Source of the DNA: Nitrospiraceae bacterium
Lineage (GTDB): Bacteria > Nitrospirota > Thermodesulfovibrionia > UBA6902
Length of the DNA: 64,000 nt
Direction of reading: 5' to 3'
Assembly: GCA_003599425.1 (NCBI GenBank)
Contig: QZKC01000068.1
Span: 11,667-75,666, forward strand
Shown: in pieces, positions 60,913 through 64,000 of the stretch
Layout of the letters: each line of letters opens with the position of its first letter
Numbering within the stretch: position 1 is the stretch's first letter
Translations under genes and position numbers: made by a program
The notes under the pieces: generated by a model
The model's input: the letters and a program-made list of their open reading frames with translations, nothing else
The model's database searches: none
Told to the model about the DNA's origin: nothing

Positions 60913-61311
60913 CTGGGAGGAAAGGGGAAGAGATCTGTCGCCGAGGAGATGCCTGAAGCGCTTGCCCGGGGACGCTGCTGCTTCTCCTGACCGTAATGAT
61001 CTCGCTGTAATGTGTTGTCAGCTCTGTCTTCTGTTCAGCAAGTTTTTTTTCAACATCTTTAACTGCTATCATTTTCCATATGTAGATGCCAATGACAAGA
61101 ACAACAAGCAACCCTACGTACCTCCTTCTCTATTTCACGGATCGTTAGAATACTGCATAAATAGCAAAACCATTATACCCCACGTAATGCGTCTTGACAA
61201 CTGATCATTTCTTTATGATTTCACGCCATAAGGTGCTCCACTTTTTAGCATCAACCCTGGAAAAATGTTAAAGTGTTCTGACATGATAGTCAAAAATAAT
61301 TTAGTTTTTCT

Positions 61312-61809
61312 ATGCAAAAAAACAGCTCTACAGATAAAAATAAAATCATTCAGGAGTGTTATGACCGTTCAATCAACCTGCTGAAGAACAACTCCCATGC
61401 TTCAGGCATTATTGCATGCGCACGGTCCGAAAAGGCTGTTGGAAGACATTATGCGAGTATCTTTGGAAGGGATGCAGCGATTTGTTCCCTGGGAATGATC
61501 GCTTCAGGCGACGTGGAGGCACTACATGCAGCGCCACCGGCAGAACTTTCCTCATCAATATCATAATGGCGGCATATGGCCTTTTACAGGAGGATTCTGG
61601 GTCATGCTACTTGCACAATTAAAACGGAATCAACTGGCATGAAAAGAACTCGAACAGTTTGCAGAAGCTAACAGCCTCAACAACTGGGAGTTTAATGAGT
61701 GGCTGCATGGGAAGACCGGGAAGCCCATGGGAATGCCCGGACAGTCCTGGAATGCAGCGATGTTTGTTCTGGCATACCATACGCTTAAGGAGAACCTCAA
61801 GGTATTCTG
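61312..61809 (+). pseudogene. Remnant of an (alpha/alpha)6-barrel glycosidase (neutral-invertase / amylo-1,6-glucosidase-like), internally deleted and frameshifted
   Basis: Three conserved blocks sit in three different frames within 500 nt: IIACARSEKAVGRHYASIFGRDAAICSLGM (N-terminal), NGGIWPFTGGFWVMLLAQL (YHNGG.WP-type) and NWEFNEWLHGKTGKPMGMPGQSWNAAMFVLAY (C-terminal). An intact gene would be about 1.3-1.5 kb. Confidence 0.55.
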
Positions 61810-62209
61810 ATAACGATTTAGCAGTGCCGTACCTGCCTGCCTTACCTCTGTGCCTTTGCTCCTTTGTGCCTGTGTGCCTTCCTCTTTATGTGCCATGTCA
61901 CAGCAGTGTGACAGTAAGTGATTGTGCCAGACAGCATATTCAAGAAATTTGATTTTCCAACCTCCTGATTTATCACTATAAAATCATTGCTTCAAGCCGC
62001 TACCACTGGCATAAAAATTGATATTAATCCTTGTTGATAAACAAATATATGCTTCTTCAAGTGTTAGAAAAAAGAATCTGTCCATATGTAGAGGAGCCTT
62101 TTGCTGAATGTTTTTGCTTCAGAATGGACAGTCAGGATATAGAAAAAGCAATTTTCTATTGCAGCAACAACTATTCGTTGTGCGAACTTTACCGAACAAA
62201 GAATCTATC

Positions 62210-62932
62210 GTGAGTACTAAGCTTCAAGTCATCATTTTATCAGCACTTCTGTTTCTTCTGGCTGCTTCAGCACATGCAGGCTTTTACGGAGAAAGCATAT
62301 CACTTGCAGACCTCACCGGTTCCAGGACTTTTTCATCTTCCAACTGTTCTTCTCCCTCGGGGGAATTGGGCGGATGCTGGCCCTACTCTTTTACCATTCA
62401 ATGGAATATCTCTCAGGATCTTTCAACATCATCCTGGGCTTATTCATATTCTCTTTCAACATCGAAAAAAAGCATTTCTCATTTCATCCTTGAAACTTCC
62501 AGCTCATCTGATATCATGAGCTCCATCTTTGATATCATGATAAATGGCAAGTCTGCAAAGATTGAAGGCCCGGATATATGGGGCAGCCACCAGGGCAATA
62601 GTAATCCCGGGTTGACCACTGACTTTTACGGGATCAAGTTTGATTCCGGAGGACTGAATACCACTTATTCTTTTACGAGCACGAAGGACCCGGTGTGGGG
62701 AAATTTCTACGCAAAAAGCGGAAAAGACAAAGACAACGGCTGGATATATACATACAATAATGCCCTCGGCACATCAGGTTTTGACAGCAGCAACCCCATT
62801 GATTTCATACCGCGTCCCAATGGGGGCAGCAATCCCCCGGTAGTTCCTGAGCCGGTAAGCTCAGTCCTCTTTATTGCAGGCGGGATCATTTTCCTGGCAA
62901 AACGATTCGTTTTGAAAAAAAAGCAGCGCTAA
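62210..62932 (+). CDS. PEP-CTERM sorting-domain secreted protein
   Basis: Signal peptide (ILSALLFLLAASAHA, probable GTG start at 62210). C-terminus VVPEPVSSVLFIAGGIIFLAKRFVLKKKQR is a PEP-CTERM tag. S/T-rich. Confidence 0.65.
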   Translation: MSTKLQVIILSALLFLLAASAHAGFYGESISLADLTGSRTFSSSNCSSPSGELGGCWPYSFTIQWNISQDLSTSSWAYSYSLSTSKKSISHFILETSSSSDIMSSIFDIMINGKSAKIEGPDIWGSHQGNSNPGLTTDFYGIKFDSGGLNTTYSFTSTKDPVWGNFYAKSGKDKDNGWIYTYNNALGTSGFDSSNPIDFIPRPNGGSNPPVVPEPVSSVLFIAGGIIFLAKRFVLKKKQR

Positions 62933-62956
62933 CCCTTCCTGTGCATCTCATAACCT

Positions 62957-63388
62957 CTACTCAGTAACCGCGTCAAAGACGATAATTTTATCATGGGGGA
63001 ATGTCATAAAGGCCCTGCCTCCTGCTTTCACTCCGCTGCCCGGTTCAGACATGCCCTTCATATTCACTCCTTTCCACACAAAATCCACCCAGTTGAATGA
63101 ACCGGCCGGTTCCACCACAGAGACAGTTACTTCAAATTCATCTTTCGTATTGTTACTGTGTATGAACACATCTTCCGGCCTGATGCCTATTATCAGCTTC
63201 TTTGTCTGAATACTCTTCAATTCAGGCGACGTCATGATCCCGTTACAGTTAATTTTAAATGTTTCATTACTGTGTACTTCAGCCGGGATAAAATTCATGG
63301 GAGGGCTCCCGATGAAACCCGCAACAAATATATTTGCCGGTGAGATAAACTTCCGAGGGACGGTCGCACTGCTGTATTTCGCCTTCAT
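62957..63388 (-). pseudogene. Stand-alone C-terminal (TOBE/regulatory) fragment of a MalK/UgpC-type sugar ABC-transporter ATPase
   Basis: The ORF begins at NIFVAGFIGSPPMNF, which in MalK is the linker following the ABC domain. No Walker A, Walker B or signature motifs anywhere upstream. Confidence 0.5.
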
Positions 63389-63415
63389 TCAGAACTGCAA
63401 CCCTGTCCGAAAGGC

Positions 63416-64000
63416 TCATCGCCCTTTCTGCACAATTCCTGTATTTGCCGCTCCGGCAAGAAGGCTTACCATGCCTATCGCTGCAAATATATCCCTGCTC
63501 AGGCCGAATATGCTGCCGAATGCATTTCCCGCTGTCGTGCCCACAAAAAATATAGGCGTCACTATTCCTCCGCTTCCGCCAAAACCGAGCGTTATGGAAG
63601 TGAACAGCATTTTCAGGAGAAAAGCCCCTGCCGGAACATCACCTCCCTCAAGAGATGTCTTGATGGTGTCAAGCCCCAGTCCCAGATATCTCGGGGAAAA
63701 TACCAGGGCGAGTATTACCAGGACAGCGCCTCCCCAAAAAGCCTTTTTCAGCTCATGCCAGGCGATCTTTTTGGCAAACCATTCTATCAGGTGCAGGGTC
63801 TCGATAAGCAGCAGAGAACATATCCCGAAGAACACGCCGCTCAGGCACACACGAATAAAATATACGCTCGTGAAGTTGGGAATAAAATACAGAGGCTCGC
63901 TGAAATACGTTACCCCCATTGCAGAGGATACCTGATACCCAACTATACCGGCAACAAATGACGGCAGGAGCACTTCATACAGAAGCCCGCCGACAAAGAG
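63416..64000 (-). CDS. ClC-family chloride channel / H+-Cl- antiporter (partial; N-terminus beyond window end)
   Basis: GFGGSGGIVTPIFFVGTTAGNAFG corresponds to the ClC selectivity-filter region (G.FxP). Polytopic. The ORF continues past position 64000. Confidence 0.6.
   Translation of the reverse strand, partial: LFVGGLLYEVLLPSFVAGIVGYQVSSAMGVTYFSEPLYFIPNFTSVYFIRVCLSGVFFGICSLLLIETLHLIEWFAKKIAWHELKKAFWGGAVLVILALVFSPRYLGLGLDTIKTSLEGGDVPAGAFLLKMLFTSITLGFGGSGGIVTPIFFVGTTAGNAFGSIFGLSRDIFAAIGMVSLLAGAANTGIVQKGR

Noticed and set aside
60872-61111. 79-aa minus-strand ORF (MLVVLVIGIYIWKM...) overlapping the maltokinase start
   Set aside because: Out of frame with the maltokinase. No homology signal or RBS. 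More likely noise in the region where the Mak N-terminus is missing.
1-64000. CRISPR arrays, IS elements or transposases, integrases, rRNA or tRNA genes
   Set aside because: No regularly spaced direct repeats, terminal inverted repeats flanking transposase-like ORFs, or RNA-gene-like conserved structures were recognised anywhere in the window.

Overview
This 64 kb window looks like a chromosomal segment from a flagellated, probably anaerobic, selenium-using bacterium (roughly 42% GC, compact operons, frequent GTG/TTG starts). About half of it is flagellar or chemotaxis genes. From left to right the window contains:

- A secreted AMIN+TPR protein that runs off the left edge.
- A small oxidative-stress group: a peroxiredoxin whose peroxidatic codon is an in-frame TGA (selenocysteine) with a stem-loop just downstream, a flavodiiron protein, a NifU-like mini-protein and a HEAT-repeat protein.
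- Biotin genes bioB-bioW, a DAGK-family lipid kinase and an acylphosphatase.
- A NapH-like membrane polyferredoxin paired with a Tat-exported DUF362 protein.
- A long minus-strand flagellar regulon. It starts with a sigma-28-driven late operon (flgM-flgN-flgK-flgL-csrA-fliW). It continues with rod and ring genes (flgF-flgG-flgA-flgH-flgI plus a rod-binding protein), which carry a sigma-54-like -24/-12 element. It ends with the export-apparatus operon fliL-fliM-fliN-fliO-fliP-fliQ-fliR-flhB-flhA-flhF-flhG-fliA.
- A divergent GGDEF diguanylate cyclase.
- A plus-strand chemotaxis operon: HEAT-repeat protein, cheR, two cheY, cheA, mcp, a CheW-CheZ fusion, cheW, cheB. It is followed by a convergent flgE-flgD-fliK hook operon.
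- Two paralogous secreted proteins (one PEP-CTERM), a CaCA Na+/Ca2+ antiporter, a CPA2/RCK K+/H+ antiporter and a small membrane protein.
- An alpha-glucan/trehalose cluster: a GT-A glycosyltransferase, treY, treZ, glgB and a short maltokinase.
- A decayed right end: remnants of an (alpha/alpha)6 glycosidase and a MalK C-terminal fragment, a second PEP-CTERM protein, and a ClC channel running off the right edge.

The most interesting items are the selenocysteine 2-Cys peroxiredoxin, the CheW-CheZ fusion inside the che operon, the polyferredoxin/DUF362 pair, and the gene-decay zone at the right end. No CRISPR arrays, transposases, rRNA or tRNA genes were found.
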